From contig NC_068987.1 of NCBI RefSeq assembly GCF_001194135.2, positions 23,706,150 through 23,770,149 of the forward strand: DNA of 64,000 bases, written 5' to 3'. The notes beneath the pieces are model-generated. The model was not told where the DNA came from. It ran no database searches and saw nothing but the letters and a program-made list of their open reading frames with translations. Origin of the DNA: Octopus bimaculoides. Lineage: Eukaryota. This document shows, in pieces, positions 25,536-36,954 of the stretch; within the stretch, counting starts at the first letter, position 1, and the number at the start of each line of letters is the position of its first letter. The translations under genes and the position numbers were made by a program.

Positions 25536-26210
25536 GGATTTGGTAGACAGGAACTAAGAGAAGCCTGTCATGTATGTATATAAACATACATATGTAGATA
25601 GATAGATAGATACATACATACATGAATGGATGGATGGATACACATATATTTATGTATGTATATATGTATGTATGGGCATACGTATGTAGGTATATGTGTA
25701 TGTACTTAGATGTGTGTGTGTACCTTTGTGTTTATGTTTATCCTTACCATTGCTTGACAACCAGTATCGAATTGTTTACATCTTCATAACTTAGCAGTTT
25801 GGCAAAAGGGAATTATGGAATACATACCAAAATTCGAAAAAAGTATTTACTCAGATTGATTTGTTTGACTAAAAACCCTTCAATGTAGTGTCCAACTATG
25901 ACTACAGTTCAATGGCTGGAACAAATAAATATATATATATTCTAAATATGCTGGAAACTTTATATATCACAATGATCATTTGAGCATGATTCTGCACTAG
26001 GTAGGGAACTGTATAATAAATTCCAGTGCACTCCACAGGGAAGTTCCAAGTTGCATATGTGACATTTCGCTCATAGGCTTAGCTTGATGATGTTGGTAGT
26101 AGTGTCTCAAATATATTCGAGATGCAAAAATTTAGCATCCAAAATACAGTCTGGATGCTAAATTTTAAATTTCAAATCTTAACTTCACTTCAATTATAAC
26201 TTATATATAT

Positions 26211-26251
<41 letters not shown>

Positions 26252-26436
26252 TACATACATACATGCATGCATACATACACACATACATACACATATTTGT
26301 AAGCACTCTAATCATATCTTGACATATCATAGCATAACATTTTATCGTTACATTTTTTTATTCAGCTATATTCTCTCTTTCTAGTCATGTCATATATATT
26401 TTACAATGTCACATTATGTCTGGCTATATCATACCA

Positions 26437-26467
<31 letters not shown>

Positions 26468-26794
26468 NNNNNNNNNNNNNNNNNNNNNNNNNNNNNNNNN
26501 NNNNNNNNNNNNNNNNNNNNNNNNNNNNNNNNNNNNNNNNNNNNNNNNNNNNNNNNNNNNNNNNNNNNNNNNNNNNNNNNNNNNNNNNNNNNNNNNNNNN
26601 NNNNNNNNNNNNNNNNNNNNNNNNNNNNNNNNNNNNNNNNNNNNNNNNNNNNNNNNNNNNNNTCTTAGTTAATAATTAACTCGGACAAAATAAATTGGTT
26701 AATAGATACCAGGGTAGCAAAGATCACAAAATGACTGTGGTGTAACTCCTGTTTATGAGGTGGAAACTCCTTGTTATTTTGGGTACTTGAGTAA

Positions 26795-27076
26795 ATATAT
26801 AAATTTAGTAAATGGAGTAAAACGCATTTGTTAACTGAATACTTTTATTTCCAACATATGTTTCGAAGATTACAAATTATACCTTCCATAGGATATTCGG
26901 TTAAAATGTCTTACGGTTAAGCTGGTTCCCATGCATTTCCCTGAAGAGAAGATTACATTCTTATCAACATCACCTATTCCTATGGAAGGTATAATTTGTA
27001 ATCATTGAAACATATGTTGGAAATAAAAGTATTCAGTTAACAAATGCGTTTTACTCCATTTACTAAATTTATATAT
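26795..27076. mobile_element. Inverted terminal repeat structure, Penelope-like pseudo-LTR
   Basis: 99-bp arms 26795-26893 and 26978-27076 with about 2 mismatches around an 84-nt spacer; CTGAAGA...GAAAC...AATAAA layout typical of Penelope termini. Confidence 0.7.
26935..27024 (+). ncRNA. Type I hammerhead ribozyme (Penelope-type, palindromic stem III)
   Basis: Stem I ATTTCC 26935-40/GGAAAT 27019-24; CTGAAGA 26941-47; stem II GAAGATTACA 26948-57/TGTAATCATT 26997-27006; GAAA 27007-10; CATATG; GUU cleavage triplet 27016-18. Confidence 0.75.
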
Positions 27077-27082
27077 ATATAT

Positions 27083-28085
27083 ATCATCATCATCATTATC
27101 ATCGTTTAATGTCTGCTTTCCTTGCTGGCATGGGTTGGACAGTTTGACATGGAGCTGCCCAGCTGGGAGCTGTCCAGGCTCCAATTGTCTGTCGTGGCAT
27201 GGTCTCTATGGCTGGATGCCCTTCTTGATGCCAGCCACTTAACAGAGTGTGCTTGGTGCTATTTACGTGTCACCAGTATGGGTGCATTTACACAACGGCC
27301 GCATGGGTACGGTTATGCAGCACCAGTATGGGCGCTTTTTATATGGCAACAAAACCTGAAAGGACCAGCCAGTATGTGTGGAAGACAGCGATTTTATGTA
27401 GCGTGATGCTTCTTATTAAGTACAGCAAATCATCACATCTCCCAGTCCCTTGTCATTTCCTCAATGAGGCCCAGTGTCTGAAGATCCTTTCACACCACTT
27501 TGTCCTATGTCTTCCTGGGTCTACCCCTTCCACAGGTACCCTCTATAATTAGAGCTCAACACTTCTTTACACTGCTGTCCTCGTCCATACACATCACATG
27601 ACTAAACCAGCACTGTCTTCTCTCTTGCACACAGCATCTGATGCCTATTATACCCAGTTTTCCTCTTAAATTATTTACAATCTGTCATGCATTCACACTG
27701 ACATTACCCATCCAGTGGAGCATGCTAACTTCATTTCTTTCAATCCTTCACAAGTCCTCTGTAATGAAAGCATCATACAATCTACTTTTCACTATGAGGG
27801 AGAGGCCCTTAGTTACCAACAAAGGTAGAAGCTCTCTGAACTTTACCCAACACGTTCATATTCTAGCAACTAGACTTTCAGAACTTTCTCCACCGCTGCT
27901 AACTTGGTCTCCATTCTCCATTAATCTTCTTGTGATAACATTACACCTCTTATGTTTCCAAAGCTTGTATTGGGTACAACATATGGAGTTTCTACCAACA
28001 CCCTTCTTACATACTGAGCAGGGTAATCTCCCAGAAGGTACTTGTGATTTGTCTGTTTTCGTATTTACTAGGACTTTAGTTTTTA
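27083..28085 (-). mobile_element. RTE LINE 3' half
   Basis: Reverse complement of RT C-terminal region (WVKFRELLPLLVTKGLSL), RWFSHV-type segment, 3' UTR, (cat)n tail. Confidence 0.9.
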
Positions 28086-28149
28086 TATATATATATATAA
28101 GTTATTATATATATAAGTTATTATATATATAAGTTATTATATATATATA

Positions 28150-28355
28150 TATATATATATTTACCATGATAGATCGCTAACCACTACACACATTTTTTTT
28201 TCTCTCCTTGTTTCTTTCTGTGTTCCTTTCTGTCGAAGAGCGTAGGCTCAAAACGTTAAAGACTTTTTCAATTCCCAAGCGTTATACTAATACACCTGTT
28301 TGTTTTCTACACCACCTGTCTTCGTCTGTTCTTTTTTTTTTTGTAAATTCTCCCT
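28150..28355 (+). mobile_element. Penelope-like terminal repeat remnant
   Basis: ctgtcgaagagcgtaggctcaaaacgtt hairpin motif, flanked by (TA)n. Confidence 0.5.
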
Positions 28356-28625
28356 ATATATATATTGCAACATCATACCTTGTTTTGTTGAACCGTTTCT
28401 TTTATTTTGTGAGTGATGAAATAATAAAATCAGGAGAGTACTAGATTAAATGCCTTGCAGTATTTAGTTATGGCTGTTCTGAGTTCAATTCCTGCCAAAA
28501 TCAAATTTCTTTCATGTATTGATTAAATAATACCAGTCATATATGGAGGGAGAGTGTAGATGTAATTGACTGATCTCATACTCAAAATTTTCCATGTCAT
28601 AATGTCAGTTCTCTCTCTGTTTCAG

Positions 28626-29094
28626 TGATCTCCCTTGTCACAGCCAACAAACGGAGTCCAGCGCGGTACAATGAACTAGGAGGACGTGACCGTTCAGATG
28701 ACAGAAGTAGAATGAGTAACCCACATGATGACAGAGATCGAAGAGGCAATGCACGAGATGATCGTGGCAATCGTGATGATCGAGGTGACCGAGGTGACCG
28801 AGATCGAGACCATGGGAGCCGTGATGACCGTCGTGATCGCATGGATCACAGTATCCCTGATGACCGCAACACCCATGACGTTGGCTATAACTCCAATGTC
28901 AATAACAATGAGCATGGCATCGGCCATACTGCAGATGATGGTCACGACCATGATTATACTCATAAATCTGACCATGAGGATAACACCCGAACCAACAAAG
29001 ATCATAAGGAGAATGGTGGTGCTTCAATTGGATTCCAGCTCTCTTGGTTCCAAAGGATTGTGTTGGCTGGAACATCACTACTGATGGTTGTTAT
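28626..29094 (+). CDS. Orphan protein, coding exon 2 (Arg/Asp-rich, His/Asp-rich, GPI-type signal)
   Basis: Acceptor ttctctctctgtttcag; stop-free 157-codon frame with CpG-rich codons; ends NGGASIGFQLSWFQRIVLAGTSLLMVV; donor AT|GTAAGG overlaps TAA at 29096-98. Confidence 0.85.
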
Positions 29095-29197
29095 GTAAGG
29101 GAATGGTTACCACCACCACTACCATCATCCCCACCACAACACACACACATAGTGAACAGTAGGGAGTGCATTAATATACATATATACATACATATAT

Positions 29198-29229
<32 letters not shown>

Positions 29230-29410
29230 ATATATGTATGTGTATATATAAGAGACAGGTCCTTTATTGAATCATATGTAAAAGGAGAAGCTACCATTTT
29301 AAAGTTTCCTCATTAGTGGATTGTTTGTAGGAAATCATAGATTTTGAGCGTTAGTTTTTGTATAGAACATCGTTTCCTCCTGCCCCACTCTTCTCTGATC
29401 CTCTGTGCAG

Positions 29411-29441
29411 GTCACTTTTTACAGATCAACTCAGTGCTTAA
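29411..29441 (+). CDS. Orphan protein, probable terminal coding exon (M-SLFTDQLSA*)
   Basis: Long polypyrimidine tract, ctgat branch-like motif and cag at 29410; phase 2 matches the donor at 29095; AT-rich UTR with ATTAAA follows. Confidence 0.6.
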
Positions 29442-30329
29442 TACATGAGTATTAGTGTGTACAGGAATGTGTTATCGTGTTTAATGTATACCAATGTGTT
29501 TTAGCTCATCTATGTTAGGGAATATAATTCTGAATATTATTATGTATTAAAGATTTTAATAATTATTGTGTAGCTGTAACCTTACAATGTACTAGTATAT
29601 AACCTGTACACCAAAGGACTATTAAAGTATCCATTAAATTTAACAGAATGGCTTTTGTTCTTTTTTGTTCTTTTTTTTAATAATTTTTTTCTGTCTTTGT
29701 TTCTTTTAGCCTTATTTTTTTTATTATTTTTACAGAGAAGGCCACTAAGTGGTTTTGGATAAAGAAAGCAGACCAATGGTTTGCTGCTACTTGGATGCAA
29801 GCTGGGATTTGATAAAAACCAGCTAGGTCAACTAGGTAAGGGGGTTCTAATGCTGAAAGATCTTTACCACCTAGGACTCCAGGAATATCACCGACAATGC
29901 ATGTCATAGCATCTGTAAGATGTATCTTAAAACCAAACATGATCCTCATTCAGATCAACAACAAACAACAAAAAAAAAAACAACTTAACCAAAAATAATA
30001 ACGTTAACAACAAGAGTAAGAACATTGACAACAACAATGACAACAACCACAACAGAGAGACTTAAATTTAGGTGTCACGAGCCCTGTGACTCACAAGACC
30101 AAATTTTGACCTGGTTTGCATGGCATTTAAGTTAGTCAGATTACGACACTCTCCCTGAACAGGACACTGGTTTGTTTGGGAATTAACTTCCCAGCAATTG
30201 GTGGAACTCATTTACAGCTGAATGAACTGATGCAACATGAAATAAAAGGTTTCACTCAAGAGTACAATTCACTGCCCAGTCTGGGAATTGAAACTCAATT
30301 TTATGATTGTGAGTACATCTTAGGGTTAA

Positions 30330-31018
30330 CCACCAGTTTCTGACCCGGCAAAAAAACTGAAAAAAAAATAGTGTAATAGGTGTAAAACAACATGTAGTAA
30401 ATGAATATGCAGGAAAACAAAATGTGCGCTGGTGAATGGGGGGAGGAGAGACGACTCGGAAAATTCACATCGGGAATGTTCCAAGTCCTCTCACCACTTC
30501 TCCATTCATCGGTGCTAATTTTTTTCTTCGTATTCATTTACTACACATTATTTTATACCCTAATTCTTTTTTTCAATTTTTGTGATGGGTGGGGTGTGGA
30601 CTCAGATAATTCACACGATCCAGTAACCCAACTTCGACACCCGACCACCAAAAGAAAAAAGAAAAAAGTGCAATAGGTGTAAAATAATGTGTACTAAACA
30701 ATTATGAAAAAAATGTGCGCTGGCAAACAGTGGGCTGAGGACAAAACTCAGAAAATTCACATGATCAAACTAACAGGATCCGAAAACTCAACATTAACAC
30801 CTAGTCACAAAAATGAAAAACAGTGGAAAGTTTTGTAATTAGGGATAGGGTAAGGGTGAATTTGCAGTGTGTAAGATGTTTGTAAGCAATTCCAGAACAA
30901 CAAAAAGCGTTAGTTTCACTGCAACATTTAAATTTCATTTGCGTCTACATATTTTCGTTCTTTGAAACCCTGACAAAAATTCATGTTGCATCTGTTTTGT
31001 CAGTGAACAAGTCATGGT

Positions 31019-31080
<62 letters not shown>

Positions 31081-32510
31081 TTAATGTCCGCTTTCCATGC
31101 TAGCATGGGTTGGGCGATTTGACTGAGGACTGACGAACCAGATGGCTCCACCAGGCTCCAATCTGATTTGGCAGAGTTTCTACAGCTGGATGCCCTTCCT
31201 AATGCAAACCACTCTGAGAGTGTAGTGGGTGCTTTTATGTGCCACCGGCACGAAGGCCAGTCAGGCGGTACTGGCAACGGCCACACTTAAAATGATGTAT
31301 TTTATGTGCCACCTGCACAGGAGCCAGTCCAGCGGCACTGGCAACAACCTCGCTTGAATGTCTTTTCACGTGCCAGGAAGGTGATGCTGGTAACGATTAC
31401 AAGGCGACGCTGGTAACGATTACAAGGCATCACTGGTAACGATTATGAGGCGACGCTGGTAACGATTACGATATGGTAACGAGCAACAAAAATATTTAGA
31501 CACAAATGAGATTTAAACAGTTGCAGTGAAACTAACGGTTTTGTTTTCTTTTGTTTTTGTTTTTTGTTCTTCAATGGTTTAGAAACATCTACGCTGCAAT
31601 TGTTTCTGTTAATACCATTATGCAGAAGACAGAATTGAAAAACTTTTGTGCTCATATTTTGTTTGCATCTTTGTTTATAGCATAGATAATTTTTCCTCTG
31701 AAATGCTCCCTCTGGCCTCCAGGACACATTGGTCGGCCTGAGGCTATATTTGAATACACTTGCCCAAGGTGCCATGTAGTAAGACTGAAGCTGGAACCAT
31801 GTGGTTGGGAAGAATATCCACTTTCTTCAGGGAAAAAATCAGATTGCGTGACTTTTCCTGGTCCTCTCTCCACTCTCGTTTGCCAGCATGGACTTTTTTT
31901 TCATTCGTTTACTACATGTTGTTTTACACCTATTACACTACATTCTTTTCATTTTTGTGACCAGGTGTTAATGTTGAGTTTTCGGATCCTGTGAGTTTGA
32001 TCACGTGAATTTTCTGTGAGTCTTGTCCTCAACCCCCACCCCGTTCACCAGCGCACATTTTTTTTCATAATCGTTTAGTACACATTATTTTACACCTATT
32101 GCACTTTTCTTTTTTCTTTTTTTTTTTTGGTGGATCATGTGAATTACACCGAATCTANNNNNNNNNNNNNNNNNNNNNNNNNNNNNNNNNNNNNNNNNNN
32201 NNNNNNNNNNNNNNNNNNNNNNNNNNNNNNNNNNNNNNNNNNNNNNNNNNNNNNNNNNNNNNNNNNNNNNNNNNNNNNNNNNNNNNNNNNNNNNNNNNNN
32301 NNNNNNNNNNNNNNNNNNNNNNNNNNNNNNNNNNNNNNNNNNNNNNNNNNNNNNNNNNNNNNNNNNNNNNNNNNNNNNNNNNNNNNNNNNNNNNNNNNNN
32401 NNNNNNNNNNNNNNNNNNNNNNNNATATTCATTTACTACATGTTATTTTAAACCTATTACACTATTTTTTTTTTTTTTTTCATTTTTTTGCCTGGGTCGG
32501 AAACTAGAGG
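30330..32510. mobile_element. ~2.2-kb foldback element with TTAA flanks (piggyBac-like, non-autonomous)
   Basis: TTAA|CCACCAGTTTCTGACCC ... GGGTCGGAAACTAGAGG|TTAA; inverted homology continues inward (30330-31000 vs 31470-32510). Confidence 0.75.
31021..31460 (-). mobile_element. RTE 3' tail nested in the foldback element
   Basis: Long (cat)n run then shared RTE UTR; ends in a ~23-bp tandem unit. Confidence 0.85.
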
Positions 32511-32859
32511 TTAACTCATCATAGCCACTAGGCAACAAGCCTTCACAGTGAGAACAGCCAAAAAAATACAACAATGAGAACATCAAAATTAACAAGAACA
32601 AAAAGCATGAGAATATCAATAACAATAATAAAATTTAGAACCTCAAGAATTTTGTCAGAAACATTAGTAACAGTGAGAACATCAAAAGCAACAATAATAA
32701 CAAAAAGAAGATAAAAAAAAAAACAGCAATGAATCTTTGGAGCAGACTTAATTAGAAAATATCTTTTGATATCAGTGATGGAACATAAGCTAAGAACAGT
32801 TGTACTAAAGATAACAGTTGAATTAATGTGAGTTACACAAATGTCTATGATGTAACATA

Positions 32860-33360
32860 TGTGTCGGTGGTGTGTGATGTGTGTGTCAGTGGTGTGAGAT
32901 GTGTGTCCGTGGAGTGTGATGAATGTGTCAGAGGTGTGTGTTGTGTGTGTCATGTAATTTATATGTGTGGCATGTGATGTGTGTGTGTAGCATGTGATTT
33001 ATATGTGTGGCATGTGATGTATGTGTGTAGCATGTGATGTGTGCACTAGTTGTGTGTGATATATGTATCAGTGTTGTATGATATGTGTGATGTGTGTGAC
33101 AGTGGTGTGTGACATATGTGTCAGTTGTGTGTCAATGTTGTGAGATGTGTGTGTGAGTTGTGTGTGATGTGAGTTTCAGTGGTGTGAGATGTGTGTGTCA
33201 GTAGTGTGATGTATGTGTGTCAGTGGTGTGTGATGTATGTGTTATGTGTGTGTCAATTGTGTATGAAATGCGTAACAGTGGTGTGTGATGTGTCAGTTGT
33301 GTGTGATGGGTCAGCTGTGTATGACATATATATATATAGATGGCCTTTGATGTATATGTC
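32860..33360. repeat. Degenerate GT-rich satellite/low-complexity tract
   Basis: Imperfect gtgtgatgtgtgtcagtg units. Confidence 0.75.
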
Positions 33361-33679
33361 AGTGGCATGTAATGTATATGAGCAACAGTAGCACCTGGCA
33401 TCCTATTCAGGGTGGAGTTGAGTCATGTACTCTGAGCCTAAACACTCTGAGAATCCAGCTAAGCTCCAGCCTCGTGACATTGTAAGCTCAAGGCTGAATT
33501 TTGGTTACCCAACACCATGATAACGCCTCACCCAAAGTGCTGACAGTGCAATAGGACATGAAACCACATAGTTGCAAAGGGAATTTGTTAACTACACAGA
33601 CATACCTGCAATCTGTATTTGACTTTCATTATCATTAGCCTTTTACATGGCACCAAAACAGTTTTATGTAGTGGTGCCT

Positions 33680-35190
33680 TTTACCTGAAGAATGAGGGGA
33701 ATGTCTTTTTTTTTTTAGGATACACTCCAGTAAGGAGGAAGAAATTCAAAAGTTTGGTGAGTAAAGGGTTTAGCTCTGATGGCATTAATGTTGGTTGAGT
33801 GGGATACTCATAAGGAGTTGTGAATGGTGAAGTCATTGAGGATAATAACTTCAAAAGAAGCAAAATATGATATACATCCTCAATGTAAGAGAAAATGTGG
33901 CTGAAGAGCTGCTGGTTGTTGAAGGTTTTTGAGGAATAGTAGAGAATATTATACTATCTAGATAGATGTTCCGGAAGCAGTTATATACATCTATAATAAT
34001 AGATGCAAAATTCTGTCCTGGACCCTCATATCTCAGGCTACATTTGCTCTACATAAACATATTACACCTTTTTGGAACCAGGATTATCCCAGGATTGAAA
34101 ATCTGCCCTTCATTTGGTTCTTGGTCATCCAGCATTGGAATCAAGTCTGGATGAGGATTTGTTATATGCCAGCAGTTGAAAATTCAAATTTTAATAGAAC
34201 TCCAAAAATTTGTGAACTTAAAAGTTTTCCCTTTAAACTGAATTTAAAGTAAAACCATATTGGTAGGGTGCCAATAAATGCTTTATTATAATTGCTCTGT
34301 TTAGTTTTGGGCTGCAGACCCAATTAGCCCTTTGCAGGAGTGCGGCTTTTAAGCTAGTATCCTTTCAAATGTATCTTACATTATACAATATCAAATACAT
34401 CAATCTATAATCCAATAAATCCTTGAATTCTATTATTTCAGACATGGTCAAGGATGCATGTGTGTGTATAGCTGTGGTACAATTGCCACAGATGTGGGGG
34501 CAGAACTCCATTGTGTGTCTCACCTAAACTATGTAGAGGATTAGTAGTTGTTAGAAATATTTTCTGATCCAGAAGATGGTCAATCTTTATAATGGAATCT
34601 TTGCTATATTAACAATGTGTTTGTCAGAAGAGATCCATAGTGGTGATGACATCTAGTACTTGCAATGACCTTGAGGGTTTTAGTTGGGTACTTTTCATGT
34701 CTAAGGGGAGGCAGGATGTGATATTTTTATGATATGTGTAGTGAAGAAGAGAAGATTGACAAGATACTTTTGGAGGCGGTTTTGAGGGACCTGTTCATGG
34801 AGTCAGTGCAGATTTTGAGAAGAGTTGTCTAAGTTACATATGGATGAAATTTGAAATGCAGGTTAGGGATGTATTAGAGGTGATATCATTTATGTAGGAG
34901 TGGACATGGCTGGAGGTGATGGCAAGTAAGTTGTTGATATATAGGAGAAAGAATGTACAAAAAAGTGGGACCTTGTCAAACACCAGAGTTGGTAGAGTGT
35001 GGGTCAAAAAAAGTCCCAACAGGACACACTGTAATAATGTAATCTGACAGGAAGCTACTAATCCAAGAGATGAAAGATGATAGAACCCAGGGTCAGGTAA
35101 TTCTGACTGAAGATTTGCTGGTTAGACACAGTCAAATGCTTTGTTAATAGTGAGTAGCAACTTAAGGCAGCAAGCTAACAGAATCATTAG
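33680..35190 (-). mobile_element. CR1/L2-type RT remnants
   Basis: NKAFDCV; NSGV.QG..FLLYINNL..SYIND (YADD-like); ELNPLLTKLLNFFLLTGVYP. Confidence 0.65.
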
Positions 35191-35191
35191 C

Positions 35192-35507
35192 AGTGGCTGT
35201 GTGGTAAGTAGCTTGCTTACCAACCACATGGTTCCGGGTTCAGTCCCACTGCATGGCATCTTAGGCAAGTGTCTTCTACTAGAGCCTCGGGCTGACCAAA
35301 GCCTTGTGAGTGGATTTGGTAGACAGAAACTGAAAGAAGCCCATCGTATATATATGTATATATATGTGTGTGTTTGTGTGTCTGTGTTTGTCCCCCCACC
35401 ATCGCTTGACAACCGATGCTGGTGTGTTTACATCCCCATAACTTAGCGGTTCGGCAAAAAGAGACCGAAAGAATAAGTGCTAGGCTTACAAAGAATAAGT
35501 CCTGGGG
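35192..35507 (+). mobile_element. SINE family C (runs into gap)
   Basis: High similarity to 23712-24290. Confidence 0.9.
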
Positions 35508-36200
35508 NNNNNNNNNNNNNNNNNNNNNNNNNNNNNNNNNNNNNNNNNNNNNNNNNNNNNNNNNNNNNNNNNNNNNNNNNNNNNNNNNNNNNNNNNNNNN
35601 NNNNNNNNNNNNNNNNNNNNNNNNNNNNNNNNNNNNNNNNNNNNNNNNNNNNNNNNNNNNNNNNNNNNNNNNNNNNNNNNNNNNNNNNNNNNNNNNNNNN
35701 NNNNNNNNNNNNNNNNNNNNNNNNNNNNNNNNNNNNNNNNNNNNNNNNNNNNNNNNNNNNNNNNNNNNNNNNNNNNNNNNNNNNNNNNNNNNNNNNNNNN
35801 NNNNNNNNNNNNNNNNNNNNNNNNNNNNNNNNNNNNNNNNNNNNNNNNNNNNNNNNNNNNNNNNNNNNNNNNNNNNNNNNNNNNNNNNNNNNNNNNNNNN
35901 NNNNNNNNNNNNNNNNNNNNNNNNNNNNNNNNNNNNNNNNNNNNNNNNNNNNNNNNNNNNNNNNNNNNNNNNNNNNNNNNNNNNNNNNNNNNNNNNNNNN
36001 NNNNNNNNNNNNNNNNNNNNNNNNNNNNNNNNNNNNNNNNNNNNNNNNNNNNNNNNNNNNNNNNNNNNNNNNNNNNNNNNNNNNNNNNNNNNNNNNNNNN
36101 NNNNNNNNNNNNNNNNNNNNNNNNNNNNNNNNNNNNNNNNNNNNNNNNNNNNNNNNNNNNNNNNNNNNNNNNNNNNNNNNNNNNNNNNCATATTATTTAA

Positions 36201-36420
36201 CCCTTTAGTGCTTAAACTGGCCATATCTGGCCTAAATATTCTACATGTTTTATATTCAAACTGGTGATATCTAGCCTCTCACACCTAACCTACATTGACA
36301 TTCTAAAAATAAACAACCACATCATTGAAACCTCAAAGGTATAAAATAATGCATGATTAATTCAAAACAATTTGAGTGAAAATGTATTACATTTAACAGA
36401 GTAATCTGAACACTAAAGGG
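36201..36420. mobile_element. 220-bp piggyBac-like MITE
   Basis: TTAA|CCCTTTAGTG ... CACTAAAGGG|TTAA; homologous to 59017-59230. Confidence 0.85.
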
Positions 36421-36954
36421 TTAAAGGTAATATTTCCAATGAGTCAGATGTAAGGACATGTGCTGTCGATGATAGACCAGCTGACTTGAAGTGCTACAGA
36501 GCCCTGGAAATGGGTGGGAGCATTGCATAAGCAGATGTGTGATGAGCAACCACCATAAGGTAGTGGTCAGACAACCTGTGAATTACAGAAACAGCAGTAA
36601 TTTAGGAAAAGCTGAGTTTGAATGTAAGAAAGATATCAAGTGTTTGAATTGTTTGTGTGTCACTCATGGATGCATGCAGGGGATGAAACTATATGAGGAA
36701 CACTGGAGTCTGTTGAGATTTTTGATAAACAAATTTAGTTTTCTCATACACAAAAAATGAATTTTGTCATTACTACGAACAACAAAACATCAAGAGAGGT
36801 TTGAATGTTATTGTTCTTGGTGCAGTTGTAGCAGCAGATAGAGTGTTGTCAGTTGCTTGCTGACCACTGACTTCCAATGTTATTCATGCTTCAGCTGTTC
36901 ATTGCCTTTATGTTGTCAGCTGCTGTCCACTGACTCTGTTGACCAACTCTATCA

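Noticed and set aside
28085-28150. 18-bp tandem repeats (also 17043-17125)
   Set aside because: Microsatellite-derived slippage units.
28602-28628. ATG just upstream of exon 2 as an unspliced start
   Set aside because: Out of frame; reaches TGA after 8 codons.
28597-28842. Minus-strand RS-rich ORF resembling an SR protein, plus overlapping ORFs at 28694 and 28725
   Set aside because: Expected shadow of Arg/Asp codons; splice signals, signal peptide and GPI tail all support the + frame.
31380-31470. ~23-bp direct repeats suggestive of CRISPR
   Set aside because: Head-to-tail with no spacers, inside an RTE UTR in a eukaryotic genome with no cas genes.
4059-36267. Long ORFs of 200-410 aa full of X
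   Set aside because: They span assembly N-runs and flanking microsatellites.
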